A DNA stretch of 64,000 nt from Hemiscyllium ocellatum (lineage: Eukaryota), in NCBI RefSeq assembly GCF_020745735.1, contig NC_083401.1:49907740-49971739 (forward strand). The letters run 5' to 3'. Both the position numbers and the translations under genes were made by a program. The notes under the pieces were generated by a model that saw only the letters and a program-made list of their open reading frames with translations, was not told where the DNA came from and made no database searches. Every line of letters starts with the position of its first letter. Position 1 is the first letter of the stretch. Below are positions 25,080-37,947 of this stretch, piece by piece.

Positions 25080-25825
25080 TGTAAATTGGGAGAGGGGAGT
25101 ATGCAGTGAGATCTGGATGTCCTTGTGCACCAGTCTCTGAAGGTAAGCATGCAGGTGCAGCAGGCAGTAAAGGTGGCAAATGATGTGTTGACCTTCATTG
25201 TGAGAGGTTTCGAATACAGGAACAGGGATGTGCTGTTGCAGTTATACAGGGCCTTTCTGAGGCCAAACCTAGAATGCTGTTTGCAATTTTGGTCTCTTTT
25301 TCTGAGGAAGGATGCTGTTGCTCTCAAGGGAGTGCACTGAAGGCTTACCAGGCTGATTCTGGGAATGGTGGGACTGGTGTATGAGGAGAGCTTGACTAGG
25401 GCAGGATTGTTTTCACTGGAGTTTAGATGAATGAGGGGGGGTCTCATAGAGACTTACAAAATTCTAACAGAACTAGACCTGGTAGATGCAGGGAGGAGGT
25501 TTCTGATGGTGGGTGTATCCATAACCAGGCGTCAAAGTCTGAGGATTCGGGTTAGGTCATTTAGGATGGCAATAAGGAGACATTTCTTCACCCAGAGAAT
25601 GGTGAGCCTTTGGAATTCACTACCACTGGAAGTAGTTGATGCCAAAACATTGAATGTATTCAAGAGGTGGCTAGATATAGCACTTGAGACAAATGGCACC
25701 AAAGGCTATGGGGAGATAGCAGGATTAGGCTTTTGAGTTGGACGATCAGCCATGATCGTGATGAATGGCAGAGCAGCTCAAAGGACCGAATGGCCTCCTC
25801 CTGCCCCAGCTTCTTTGTTTCTATA
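25080..25825 (+). mobile_element. CR1 3' fragment
   Basis: 'LKVSMQVQQAVKVAN', 'RPNLECCLQFWS', 'FFTQRMVSLWNSLP'; TTTCTAT tail. Confidence 0.9.
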
Positions 25826-26248
25826 ACCAGACTTTTTTCAAATTGTTGTCAAAACCAGGTGTAGGGTGAATACAGGCTTCTCTACGCCTGACATGGCATT
25901 ATGTGTTATGGACAAAGACTAAACACTTTCCTCAGCCTGGCTAATGTTGCTGAGATTAATATAGTTTGTGACTGGCTTTAAAAAAAAAATACATTCTTTA
26001 AATTGATTCCAAATTGACTTCCATAACTATCTGGTTCTTTGCCAAACCTTCATTGGAATAAAATTAAACAGCTGCTAACACTCTCGGCACAGAGACTTAG
26101 ATGTTGTCACTTTATGTGGATGCACTGTAAAAGTAAGCTTTCTTTTAAAGGTTTAATGATTGCCTGATCAACCAGTTTGTATTCTTTTTGTTCAAATATT
26201 TACTCTATTAGATGAGTCTCAGCAGTGAATGTCAAGTAAGTTTTATAC

Positions 26249-26530
26249 TTAGATTGGATTACCCACAGTATGGAAACTGGCCCTTCAGCCCAACAAGTAC
26301 ACATTAACTCTCCGAAGAGTAATCCATCCCCCTACATTTACCCCAACACTATGTTTAATTTAGCATGGCCAATTCACCCAAAATGCACATCTTTGGATTG
26401 TGGGAGGAAACCCACGCAGGGGTGGGGAGAATGTGCAAACTCCACATAGATAGTCACCCAAGGTGGGAATTGAACCTGGGATACTGGTGCTGTAAGGCAG
26501 CAGTGCTAGCCACTGAGCCACCATGCCACC
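26249..26530 (-). mobile_element. HE1-type V-SINE
   Basis: A and B boxes, V-domain and tail as in other copies. Confidence 0.85.
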
Positions 26531-27714
26531 TTTATCCTAATACAGCACAAATGCACACATGCAGAAACACACAGTTTACCAGTCCCAAGCAGCAGGCTGG
26601 AAATTTGAATGCAGACAGTAAAACTAATCAGGAACTGTGTTGGGATGGCTGCCTGGGAAAGTCCCACAACAGCGTATTGACCTGCATTAACCAGGCTCAA
26701 AGGAAGTGGGCAACTGATTTGCATATTTACAAGGAACATTTTTGGGCCATTTTCTAGTTCTGTCAGGGTTTCACTCTCCACAATTTGAGGAGTCCACAGC
26801 TTAATGCAAACAGCAACGTGGGTGCCATCAGAGCCAGAGTCTGGGGGATGGTGGGACTGGTGTGGACGTGTTGGGGTTCAGATGGGGGAAGGTGTGGAAG
26901 CAGTTTCCCCTCAAGTTTCCAACATTTTTTACATCCCCCATGCTTCTTACGTCTCCTGCCTGCCAGCAGCATCCATCTCTGCTGGTGGACTTCTTGAGGT
27001 CTCCACTGTGGCTAGCCCAGGATTTTGGTTAGCAGCTTGAAGAGCTCACCTGTCATCTGTAGTTTAGGAGTCTGTCTGCTGTAAAATTGCCAGGCTGTTC
27101 CCATCGCCAGAAAATCTGTGCTCAGGACCAGGTTTTTATCATCGGAGTCCTGAAGCCCAGAGTAAAGTTCAGACCATTCTCCCTCCTTCCAGCCAGGAAT
27201 ACATTAAGCCAATTGTAACACTTATATATATATGCTACCAGAACTGTTGAGCTCTGCAGCTAACTGAACGTAGATCAGAATTTAATAATATAAATATAAA
27301 CAATCGTTTCAGAGTTCTTCTATGAATCAGTAAGGCTTTGGTGAATTTAGACTCATTAAATCAGAGAGGAGCTATGTAGTGTAGTTTTAATGTCCAGTCA
27401 CCAGAATTATTCACAAGTTTACAAAGTGGAGTATTGGCAATTATCCAATGACATTCATAAGTAATTTGGCAAATAACATAGCAAATTTTGTCATCTTACA
27501 TGGTCATGGATTGAAAGATTATCACTACAATACTTTCATTTAATTATCTGCCCAAAACAGCTTGATTCAATATACCCCAAAGTCCATGTACGGAATGAAT
27601 GCTGAAATATATTTCAGGATGATTCAACAAGCTCTGCTAAGATAATTTAATTTCACAAGGAAACAGTGGAAGGTAAAAATGCAACAAATTGAATGCTACC
27701 TGTATAAAGTTTAG

Positions 27715-28980
27715 GAACCCTGATGGGAGTTGTGTATAAGCCTCTTAGTACTAGTCAAGATATGGGGAAGAAAATAGATCAGGAGGTAGGAAAGGCATGT
27801 AAGAATGGCTCTATTATAATAATCATGGGGTCTTCAATATGCAGGTAGAGTGGGTAAATCAATGAGTCGCAGATCTCGAGAAGAGGAATTCATGGAATGC
27901 CTATGAGATAGTTTTTGGAACATATTGTGATAAGGAACAGGATTTGGTGATGTAAAATGAGGTAAGCTTGATTGGGGAGCTGAAGGAGTATGTGGAACTG
28001 TTATGTGGCAGTGACTACAATATGATAGTATGCAGCCTGCAATTGAGAGTGAGGAGATTGAATTAGATGTATCAGGACTAAAACTAAGTAAAGGTAACTA
28101 CAAAGACATGAGGGAAGATCTAGCCAGAGTTGATTGCAAGAAGAGAAGCTGAGCAGGGAAAATAGTGGAGCAACAATGACAGGAGTTCGGGAATTCAGGA
28201 GGCATAGCAGAAATTCATCCCAAGAAAGAAGAAACATACTAAAAGGAAGATGAGGCAACCATAGCTGATGGGAGAAGTCAGGAACAATGTAAAAGTATAC
28301 AATGTGGTGAAGATCAGTAGGGAGCCAAAGGATTAGGAAGCCCTTAAAAATCAGCAGAGGGTAACAAAAAAAGTGACAATGGGGGAGAAGATGGAATATG
28401 AGGGTAAGCTAACTAATAATATAAAAGCAGATTGCAAGGGGTGGAGAGGGGCAGGGTCAGCCTATTGCCTCACAGCGCCAGGGAGTTGGGTTCAATTCCA
28501 GCTTTGTGCGACTGTCTGTGTGGAAGTTGCACATTCTCCCCGCGTCTGGGTGGGTTTCCTCCAGGTGCTCTGGTTTTCTTCCACTGTCAAAGGATGTGAG
28601 GGTTAGGTGGATTGGTCATGCTAAATTGTTTAATAGTGTCCAGGGATGTGAAGGCAAGCTGGTAAAATGTGGACCATCTGGGTGGGATACTCTTGATCGG
28701 CCTTTATTTGCACAGTATGGATTCAAGAGATTTTTCAGACACATAAAAGGTAAGACAGAGGCAAGACCACTAGAGAATGAGTCTGGAAAAGGACTACTGG
28801 GGAACAAAGAAATGGCAGGGAAACTGAGCGGGTTCTTTGCATCAGTCTTCATGGTGGCGGACACCAGCAACACACCAGAAGCCACGTGGCAGAGGTGAGT
28901 GTAGCAGTCATCATGAAGGAGAAGCTGTGAGAGAAACTGAAAAGTCTGAAGGTGGATAAAATCATTCGGACCAGGCAGCA
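27715..28980 (+). mobile_element. CR1 ORF2 5' fragment with nested HE1
   Basis: 'LMGVVYKP', 'KMEYEGKLTNNIKADCK', 'EMAGKLSGFFASVF' remnants. Confidence 0.75.
28438..28722 (+). mobile_element. HE1-type V-SINE (diverged)
   Basis: GCCTCACAGCGCCAGGG..GGGTTCAATTCC..GTTGCACATTCTCCCCGCGTCTG. Confidence 0.8.
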
Positions 28981-29229
28981 CAGCTGAGTCCTATGAGAAC
29001 TACCCAAGAAATAGAAACTACCCATAGGCTTACCTCTTGGGTTTGAAACACAATGAAAAGCCCCTTAAATCTGAAACTTCAGAGGATTTTGACTCAGCTA
29101 AGCTTAATCATTGCCAGTCAAAGACGATTAAGGACATTATCTAACTCCTGGGTAACTGATATCTCAACTCAGCAATGCATGCTGGCCACACCACCCTCAG
29201 TCCTTAAATGGCCCAGATCTCTGATAGCC

Positions 29230-29830
29230 TTCATTTGACCTGAATCCAACCCTTACCCCATACTGACACTCCACACCTGTCAGCCTGATCCTTAGACATG
29301 ACAACCTCATCCACCTTGAACCAATCACCCATTTGGTCACTGACCTGATCCAAAACTCCCCATTCTTCCGGACCCAACAACCCTCTGACCAACTGCACCA
29401 ACACCTCCCTCCTCAGACTGACTCATCCTTTCATTAATCCCAAATCACAGCACGACCTTAAGTTCCACCCACTCTCAATCAAACTGACACAGCCCCTCAA
29501 CTAACGTGACCTTCCCCTCATCCTAACCTAACACTGCCCTAGCTTGTCTGTCAGATTCAACACATCTTCAAGACCTACTGCTAGACCCAACAACATCCCT
29601 GAATTACCTCAACGCTCACTCACTGAGCTCACATCCAATCAACCTTCCTACCTAGCACCATACACAAATCAACTACTCACTACCCCACCCACCTGGCATC
29701 TTACCATCCTCATCCATCTGGCACAATATCCACCTCACCCACTTGATAATATTACCCCCTCACTTACCTCACATTCCAATCCCTTAACAAACTGCCACCC
29801 TAATCACACACTGATCTGACATACTTATCC
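29230..29830. repeat. C/A-rich low-complexity tract with cryptic CACC/CTCAC/ACCT units
   Basis: Marked depletion of G on the plus strand over ~600 bp. Confidence 0.5.
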
Positions 29831-30957
29831 TTTCATAAGAGATGTCAAAGTGGTTGGCAGTTCTGCTGGATGTTGGAACCACAGAAAATGGCACATGACT
29901 GCTCCAAAAGGGAGCATGGCTTTTGTGAAGATTTTCTTGTGAAGATTTCCTAGTTTTGTGGATTTCTGGATAGGTACATAATTCAAAGCCCCTGTCTGGC
30001 ACTTTCCAGCACAGAATAAATCTAGAAGTCTGTGAATGCTTTCAATCTGATTGTGCTTGAAATAAGATTTCCAACTTGGATCAGTTGGGCCATTCCGTTA
30101 TTTCAGCCTGTCAAAGGTTTTAAGCATTCTCTCTGAGCTAAAGCCATTAGGAGCTTTTGAAACCAAATTAAACATTTGTAATGGTTACAGCTGATCATAA
30201 CAAAAATCTCCAGCAACATCACCTGAGTATGACTGAAGAGGATTGTCTTACACATCCAAAGCAGAGTGTATGTCAATCAATGCTACGGTTTTGTTTTAAC
30301 CTCTCAGAAGGAGGTTTAAGCTAAACAGCCAGAGATGTGCGTCAATTCAAATCACTGTACAAGATAAATACATTTTGTAGTGAATTGTGATAGTTTTGAC
30401 CAATGGAAAACTGCTACAATGCATGACATCAATAATATAGTACTGACCAATGTGAGGGTCATTTTATTTTGCGGGATTGCTTCTTATGATGATTTACTCC
30501 ATAAGAGAAACAAATCTACATTACATTATAAAAACAAATTATTTATAATAACAACTAAAGGTCCCAAAACATTTTGTCCCTTCCTCACCTAGTGTTCACA
30601 TAATCAGCATGCTTCCCCCAGTGACCACCTACTCTCCATGGATTTACGCTGTTTTAGGGCTGTAAAAGCCCAAACCAGTACACCATATGGTGCATTGGAA
30701 ATTTTCTACCAAAAGAAAGGATACGTTTCTTCAAAGTTTCATGCTGCAGTTGAATGAGTGTAAAATCTGCTGCAAATTTACCAAATTCTCACTGAGCCTA
30801 CAGCAGCTAGAAATCTGGGAGTTAAACTAGAAGTTTCCCATTTGACAGAGTTGAGTAGAGATTCCTTTTCTCTCTTGGATGATTCCTAAGTGACGGAATT
30901 CTTTTTCAAGAGTGAAGAAGGCAGAGGCATTGACTATGTTAAGGCTGATCAGGATAG

Positions 30958-31189
30958 TGAATTAACCACACAGAGGCAGCATCCTGTCACCAAGTCACCC
31001 TTGATTTACATGTGTACTGTTGCATGGACTGTGACCAGCCTGCTCAATTTAGATACTTCTGAAAGAAGGGAGACCTTCTGAAAGTCCTGTTTATATCTGT
31101 CAGCCTGGGGTCCCTGATTATCCCAGGCTAACAACCCCAATCAAGGATTTCATAGTCAATGAAATCCACCTGGCCCCGGTTACAATCAC
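30958..31189 (-). mobile_element. Solo LTR (Gypsy-like) inside a CR1 3' fragment
   Basis: 5-bp TSD GATAG (30953-30957, 31190-31194); reverse complement has GATATAAACAGG (TATA) and AAATCAAGGGTGACTTGGTGAC; homologous to 45531-46090. Confidence 0.7.
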
Positions 31190-32604
31190 GATAGACAGGT
31201 TCTTGACTGACAAGAGATTCAAAGGGTGTGGGTGGTAGATAGGAAGAAAGAGACCATAATCTTATCAGGCATAATCACATCAACCATAATTTTCCCAACT
31301 GGCAGACCAGGCTCAAAGGGTCAAATGGTCAACTTCAGCTCCTAATTAGTTTGTTCATATGTATGTTTGCCCGAATTCAAAGTCAACAAGGTGATAGTTA
31401 TCTATTTGCTGCCATGTGCCTTGCAAATGGCAGAAACTCTGAAGATTTTTAAGGTGAAGTGTGGCGAAATAAAAATAACAGAGACCCACTGGGTGGAAAT
31501 GCCAGGAGGACATATCAGTCTAAATAGCAATAAAGAAAGGAATGACTTGGTTGTCAGGCTAATCTTGGTATTAATGCCTGATAACATTTCTGGAACTTAA
31601 AAGAAATATTTCAGAAATGAACGTTGAAAAGTCATTTCTCATGATAAATCTGGTGCAAAAATCTTACTTTTTAAGCATTATGATCAAGGATGCAAATACC
31701 TAGTGAGACATAAATTTAAATTATGAAGGCCAGTGTAAGAGCTACAATTTCAGTTTCAGTTTTTTATTAACTCTATAATCCAGAAGATTCCATGTAAGGC
31801 AAAAATGAATGGCCTTGAATTTGAGGGAGATTTAGAATGGGCTTTGAGAAGAATGATGGATTTGTCATTTTTCATATCAAACAATTAGTCGAAGCAATTA
31901 AGAGGTAAGTACATAGTGTTAAAATCTGGCTGAGGAGGTGGAATATGGGAGAATTCTGAGGGGAAGCAGACAATAGTTCTAACATTGATCAAGGCAAGGG
32001 ATTAATGAGTGAAAAGTTGGGAATGATGGCCAATTAATGGCTAGAAGAAGAGAAAATCAAGTGGGAGATTAGGAAATCCATCTGGCTTAACTCAGCAGCC
32101 ATCACTCTGGCTGCCTTCACTGCTTGGCTCCAAAATATAAATATATCTAAATCTTCAAAGTGGTCAGGATTGTTGGACAGCTGGAATCTAAGCAAGGAAT
32201 GAAAATATTCATCTTATCAAAACCTTCTTGTTGTGGAATTTCTTTAAAACTTCCAATCAAATAATATTTTCTCACCCGTCAAAATTCTGTTCCCACCCTT
32301 TACACAGTTCCCTACGGTCATCCACCCGTGTGGAAATGTTGCCACCTTGTAAGGAGAGCTCTTCAGGAGTGCTTCATTACCGAAATGTCTCTCATTAACA
32401 ATGCAAACAACTTCATGCCCCTGCCTTCCATCAGATTTGGATACTGAGTTGGGGAAATTACCTAACTCCCCAAATCTGACTCTGGAGAAAGTGCCCTCAC
32501 TGAGGGATTTTTCTCCTAGGGACTGAGTAATAAGTGGAGTTGGGCCTGTTGCCTATAGAAGCCTATAGAGGTTGTCAAGTGCCAAGCTGGGCTCTTTCAA
32601 AGAC

Positions 32605-33300
32605 CTTAAGACCATAAGATATAGGAGCATAATTAGGCCATTTGGCCCATTGAATCTGTTCTGCCATTTGATCATGGCTGATGTGTTTCTCAATCTCATT
32701 CTCTTGCTTTTTTCCCTTTAACCCTTGACCCCCTATCAATCTCTGTCTTAAATACACTCAATAACATGACTTCCACAGCACTCTGCTATATTGTTCCACA
32801 GATTCACCACCCTCTGGCTGAAGAAAGTCCTTTTCATTTCAGTTCTAAAGGGTCCTCCCTTCACTCTGATGCTTTGCCCTTTGGTTCCAGTCTCTCCTAC
32901 TAATGCAAACATCTCCTCCACATCCATATTATCCAGGCCACTCAAAGGGACATGAATGTATAGCATGAATAATTGTGGTCCCAAAACTAATCCCTGTAGA
33001 ACTCTACTAGTCAACAGCTGCTTTCCTTTATCCCCCATTCTCTGCTTTCTACTTGTTAGCCAATCCTATATCCATGCTAGTACCTAGCCCCAGTAGTCTG
33101 TGAATTTCATTGATATCCCCCTGCCGAACAATCTTTCTAAACTCCATCAAGTACAAATCCTAATCCATTACTTAAATGACAAACTCTTCATTCCCAAAAC
33201 TACTCTTGTGAACCTCCCCTGGACTGCTCCAAGGCCAGAACATCCTTTCTTAGATACAGGACCCAAAACTGCTCATACTATTGTAAATACAGTTGGACCA
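32605..33300 (-). mobile_element. CR1 3' fragments, rearranged
   Basis: 'FRTEMKRTFFSQRVVNLWN', 'QGLVLGPQLF'; TCTTA tail. Confidence 0.75.
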
Positions 33301-33319
33301 CAACCATCTTTCTATGTGT

Positions 33320-33830
33320 CAGGTATGACTCCAACCTTTACCCCTGATACCCATTGATACCAGTTTTGCTTGGGCTCCTTGATCCCATACTTGAATGAAT
33401 GCTGCCTCAAAGTGAAGAGTTGTCAATCTCACCTCACCTCTGGAATTCAGCCCAACATCATGTTTGAACCAAGGCTGTAATGAAGTTAGGAGCTGAGTGG
33501 CCCTGGCGGAACCCAAACTGGGCGTCACTGAGCCGATTATTGCTGAGCGGGTGCTGCTTGATATCATGTGGACTAAGTCAAAATGGCTGAAAAGTGGTAG
33601 ACCACTGGGGGTGACCACGATGGATTATCCACTCAGCATATTTGGCTGAAAATTGCTGTCAATGCTTCAGCCTTAACGTTTTGCACTGATGTATTGGCCT
33701 CTTCCATCATTGATCACAAGAATATTCACTGACCCTCTTCCTCCAGTGTGTTGTTTAATTGACTTCCATCATTTATGCCTGGATGTGACAGGATTTCAAA
33801 GCTGATCTGCTCATTGTGGGATCACTTAGT
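33320..33830 (-). mobile_element. Second-family LINE RT fragment
   Basis: 'LNSRGEVRLTTLHFEAAFIQVWDQGAQAKLVSMGIRGK'. Confidence 0.7.
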
Positions 33831-34742
33831 TTGGTCTAATTGCCAACTATTTCATACGTTTATGATTTTGCCTTAAAATGTTTACGGAAAAGTAGTCTGC
33901 TTTTTAAAAATTAATAATGGTTGGAAATGCACAAGCTTTCCCTTTATGATCTCAGCATATGTTTGGACTTTAAAGCAAACATTCAGTGGGTTGCAAATGA
34001 ATAAAGGCTATAAATTCCATAACATAACTCAAGTTCCAGAAACAAAATAAGTCACAAAGTAATGAAAGATGTCAAATCTTTCAGGCTTTTAATCTACACA
34101 TGGAAGTCTCAATTCTCAAAAATAGTTCAGAGGCTTTTAAACAGCAATCCATTCTCTATAAACAATGTATTTACTTCGTTATTAGTCATCAATAAAGAAA
34201 ATATCACCACAGGTGTTTCTTTTCTTATATAGTGGTCACAGGTGTTGTTTATCGGTGAGATGGTCAGAACAAAGTGCACAATTGTTCAAATGAATGTCAA
34301 TAGTTTTAACAATAAAGAGAAAAGAAACAAAGAAGTTCCATATGAGGAATGTACTCTTTCTTTCCTTCAATTGCTCATGATGTATTGCTTACTTTCTGAA
34401 AAATTCTACAAGCTTCACATGCTCAGACATCATAGATGTACAGAAACACATGGTGTGCTATCAAAATCCTGCTTTTGGGACTGAGGTTTTGGGATAAAAC
34501 TTTAAAGAAACAAGAGAATGTCTTTAATCAGAATTCAAACAAATATGTACTGTCTGTTTTGTTTTAGCTATCATGAAATTATTTGATGATCAGAAATGTC
34601 AATTACTAAGAAATTATGGTTGATCCATTTTTTGCGAGTTTCCAGTAACTTGCTATGAAGGGATTTGAAAATTCAATGTTTGTTTGTACTCTTAACCTGT
34701 ATTTACATTGTGACAGGTGATAACTAATACAGAAAAGCTGAC

Positions 34743-34844
34743 CTGAAGAAATGGATATTTGAATTTGCAATGAGAAAAGTTGATACCACGGTGTCATCAA
34801 AATCTCTGGCAATTGAAAGTAAACTGTTAAAACACTTCCTGGAC
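34743..34844 (-). other. Candidate 102-nt exon (unidentified)
   Basis: ctcctatttacag|G...CAG|gtcagc; open as SRKCFNSLLSIARDFDDTVVSTFLIANSNIHFF. Confidence 0.25.
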
Positions 34845-35274
34845 CTGTAAATAGGAGCACTCTTCACAGGAACTTTTATTTGCTAGCAATGGTCACCTAA
34901 AATGCTCTCTCTGAATTTGCATTTCTCTCCTTTTAATTTCTCTCTTTGTCTCTTGTTTCATGTGCATTGCGTTACAAGCACACTGAAAGGTAAGGAGACT
35001 GTACAAAGGTCTACAGTTGTTCATGTTGTTTGTGGCAACATGATTTGCTCGGAGGAAGAAAAATACGTCACTTTCAGCATGCCGTCATCATGAAGACCAC
35101 TGTCATGTATTAGAATTGAGAGACCTGAACCAATTTTAGTGCATCTTCCTGGACAGCCATCCTCAGGGTATTGGCATTGATTGATAGTTCTACATTTTAG
35201 AAGATGGGATTTATGGCAATGCCAACATGTCACATAAACATTTGTCAGTATTTTCCCACATTGCCATAACATAA

Positions 35275-35605
35275 GGAGGAGTGATGGTCTAGTGGGGCAT
35301 CTGGACATTTAATCCAGAGAGCCAGGTAATGTTTCAGGGACCCAGGTTCAAAAAGTACCACAGCGGATAATAGTTTTTAATTCAATAAAAACCTGGAATC
35401 AAGAGCCCAAAGATGATCATGAATCATTGGTTGTCAGAAAACCCCTCTGTTTTACAAATGGCCTTGAGAGATAAAAACTGCCCTCCTTACCTGGTCTGGC
35501 CTACATGTGACAATAGCTCCATAGCAATGTGATTGACTCTTAACTGTTCTCTAGGCAATAAATGCTGGCCTAGTCAGCGATGCTCTTGTCTTGTAAATGA
35601 ATTTT
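35275..35605 (+). mobile_element. tRNA-type SINE (second-LINE partner)
   Basis: GGAGGAGTGATGGTCTAGTGG..CCCAGGTTCAAA head; TCCTTACCTGGTCTGGCCTACATGTGA body; GGCAATAAATGCTGGCC tail. Confidence 0.7.
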
Positions 35606-35770
35606 AAAAACAACCTGCTTGTACTTTCCACCATTCCTAAAAAGTTGCCTTGCAAATTGACACAACCTTTTCCATATTGAGATAAACTTTCATCTTTGTT
35701 GGAAAGGACATTGTCCATTGTAGAAGCCCAAATACATGCATTGTTTTGAAATCACTGACAAACATCTTCC

Positions 35771-35807
35771 GCTCTGATGAAGAGTTATCTAGACTCGAAA
35801 TGTTAGC
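35771..35807 (+). ncRNA. Minimal hammerhead ribozyme in a PLE-type terminus (~35745-35895)
   Basis: GCT-CTGATGA-A-GAGTT-ATCTA-GACTC-GAAA-TGTT^AGC; followed by a terminus ending GTCTGCAGT like other PLE ends. Confidence 0.7.
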
Positions 35808-37407
35808 TGGCTCTCTCTCCATGGGCGGTGCCTGACCAATTGTGAGCTCTAGCATTTGTTGCTTTTAGTACGGATTCCAACGTCTGCAGTAATTTGATCC
35901 CCTCCACAATAGATAGGTGATTCCACCTTGTCAGGGCACCAAGGTGTATCCTTGATCTCACTATACTTTTCCTGCAGGACTAAGTTACTCATAACACACA
36001 GAAGTGGACACAGGCTGGGAAGCATCAACCTTCTCAGAAAACCTCACTCAAACACATGGAAATTTTTGCAAAATGTTGAGGCAGACAGAGCAGAAGTCTT
36101 CAGGCTAGCAATGCTGCAGGCTGTGTAGGGCAGCTGGGTATTTGGCAAATTTTCTTTTCAGAAATACTTACATATAATTACAGATTTTAAATATGCAAAT
36201 AAGTTGCTGCTGCTCATCTGCTATTGTAGATTCTTCACATTAATTTTTGGTCCTTGTTCCTCTCTTTTATTTCATATTTTTGATAAATCTATTAAGCATT
36301 TGAAGAGTTAGAGCATTGTTTGAACCATTATCATTTTGTTATTTCATACTTTGTGATGAATTTGATATCCATTCCCCGCAGTCATGGGTATATTTTCAGT
36401 TGTAGAAGGGGTGGACCTGTAAAATGAATGGTACCCAGTCTACAGATTAGCTGACAGATTTCATCTGGAAGGTGGGACTTTCTCTCTTGGAGGAGTGTAA
36501 TTCCATTCGCTCTTTATTTAACCCAACAGCAGCATGGTATGGCTGGGGGAAAAGGATCCTTTTAGGTGAATCAGCTTCTGGCTAACTTTCCTTTCAAGGA
36601 CGGTGACACAGAGTCTACACACACATACAACTCCATGGACTTGTAGCATGACTCCAGTCAAATTCCTCTGTCACAATTCTGCCAAGTCTTGAACTGCATG
36701 TGTTCTGGTTATATTAACAGCCTATGCCAGATATTCATTTAGTTGCTGATATAAAATGGTATTTGGAGTCATTTTAACGGAGCAGTTTCACTTATGTTAT
36801 ATCAACAAAATGAATAAGATGTTGATGTTAATGTTGTTTACCACATGTTATGAAATGTTCATGTTTATTTGTGGCAGTACATTTGTAATGTTCATTGTTA
36901 CATGTTTATATTGTAAATGAACTTAAATAATGGTATCATCTATGCATGATGTATTTAAAAAGGTTCAGCTGGAAAATGCTTTCAGAAAGGTCAGCTAGGA
37001 TTCTGGAGCATCAAACATGTAGCGGGGGAGGATTATTTTGATTATTGTAGCAAAGTGCCAGATTGAAGTTCGCCGTCTTCTGTATCATGTAAACATCTGT
37101 GGGTTTATACTTTCAATGTGCAAGACATTGGTTTAGCATTACTTGGAATAATTTGTAGAATTTACGTTACCTTATTATAAGAGCAATATTAAACAAAATA
37201 TAAATGGCATCACATAAATTCACTACAATATTAGGGATAAAGATTTTGTTATAAAATAGACTTTATCACGGCTCCAAAGCTGACCATTAATAGTATTTCC
37301 CTTACTGTTTCTAATTCTGCTGCAGACTAATGGACATAAACTGATTTTTGTAATTATTCAAAATTATGGTTGGATTGTGGAACAATCTGCTGACTTGACC
37401 CTTCATG

Positions 37408-37687
37408 TAGATTAGATTACTTACAGTGTGAAAACAGGCCCTTCGGCCCAACAAGTCCACACCGACCCACACCCCTTACCTAACACTACGGGCAATTTAG
37501 CATGGCCAATTCACCTGACCCGCATGTCTTTGGACTGTGGAAGGAAACCAGAGCACCCGGAGGAAACCCACGCAGACACGGGGAGAACGTGCAAACTCCA
37601 CACAGTCAGTCGCCTGAGGCAGGAATTGAACCCGGGTCTCTGGCGCTGTGAGGCAGCAGTGCTAACCACTGTGCCACCGTGCTGCCC
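37408..37687 (-). mobile_element. HE1-type V-SINE (young)
   Basis: Reverse complement GGGCAGCACGGTGGCACAGTGGTTAGCAC...CCGGGTTCAATTCC; GTAAGTAATCTAATCTA tail. Confidence 0.92.
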
Positions 37688-37947
37688 ATGTCTTTGAAGG
37701 TTTCCCACTTTCAAATTTTCTTCTCACTTTAAAAAAAGAATTGAATTCAAAATCCATTCTTGCAAACAAGTTTCTCTCGTTCTCTCTCTCTTAAATTCTT
37801 CCTTGATAGCTTGGTAACATTTCTAAAGATCTATTTTATATTGTGGAATGTATTTTTTTTATTTCAAAGACACTATAAAAATGTAAGTCATATTCTTCTT
37901 CATAAGACTAATGGATAAATATACTCCACTTATTTACAATTTATATA

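Noticed and set aside
36810-36930. Repeated ATGTT words
   Set aside because: Irregular low-complexity tract with no fixed period and no spacers, so not CRISPR-like.
37408-37687. tRNA genes at HE1 heads, and recurring 'CGRKPEHPEETHADTGR' peptides
   Set aside because: These are SINE heads without a full cloverleaf, and the peptides are translations of SINE sequence.
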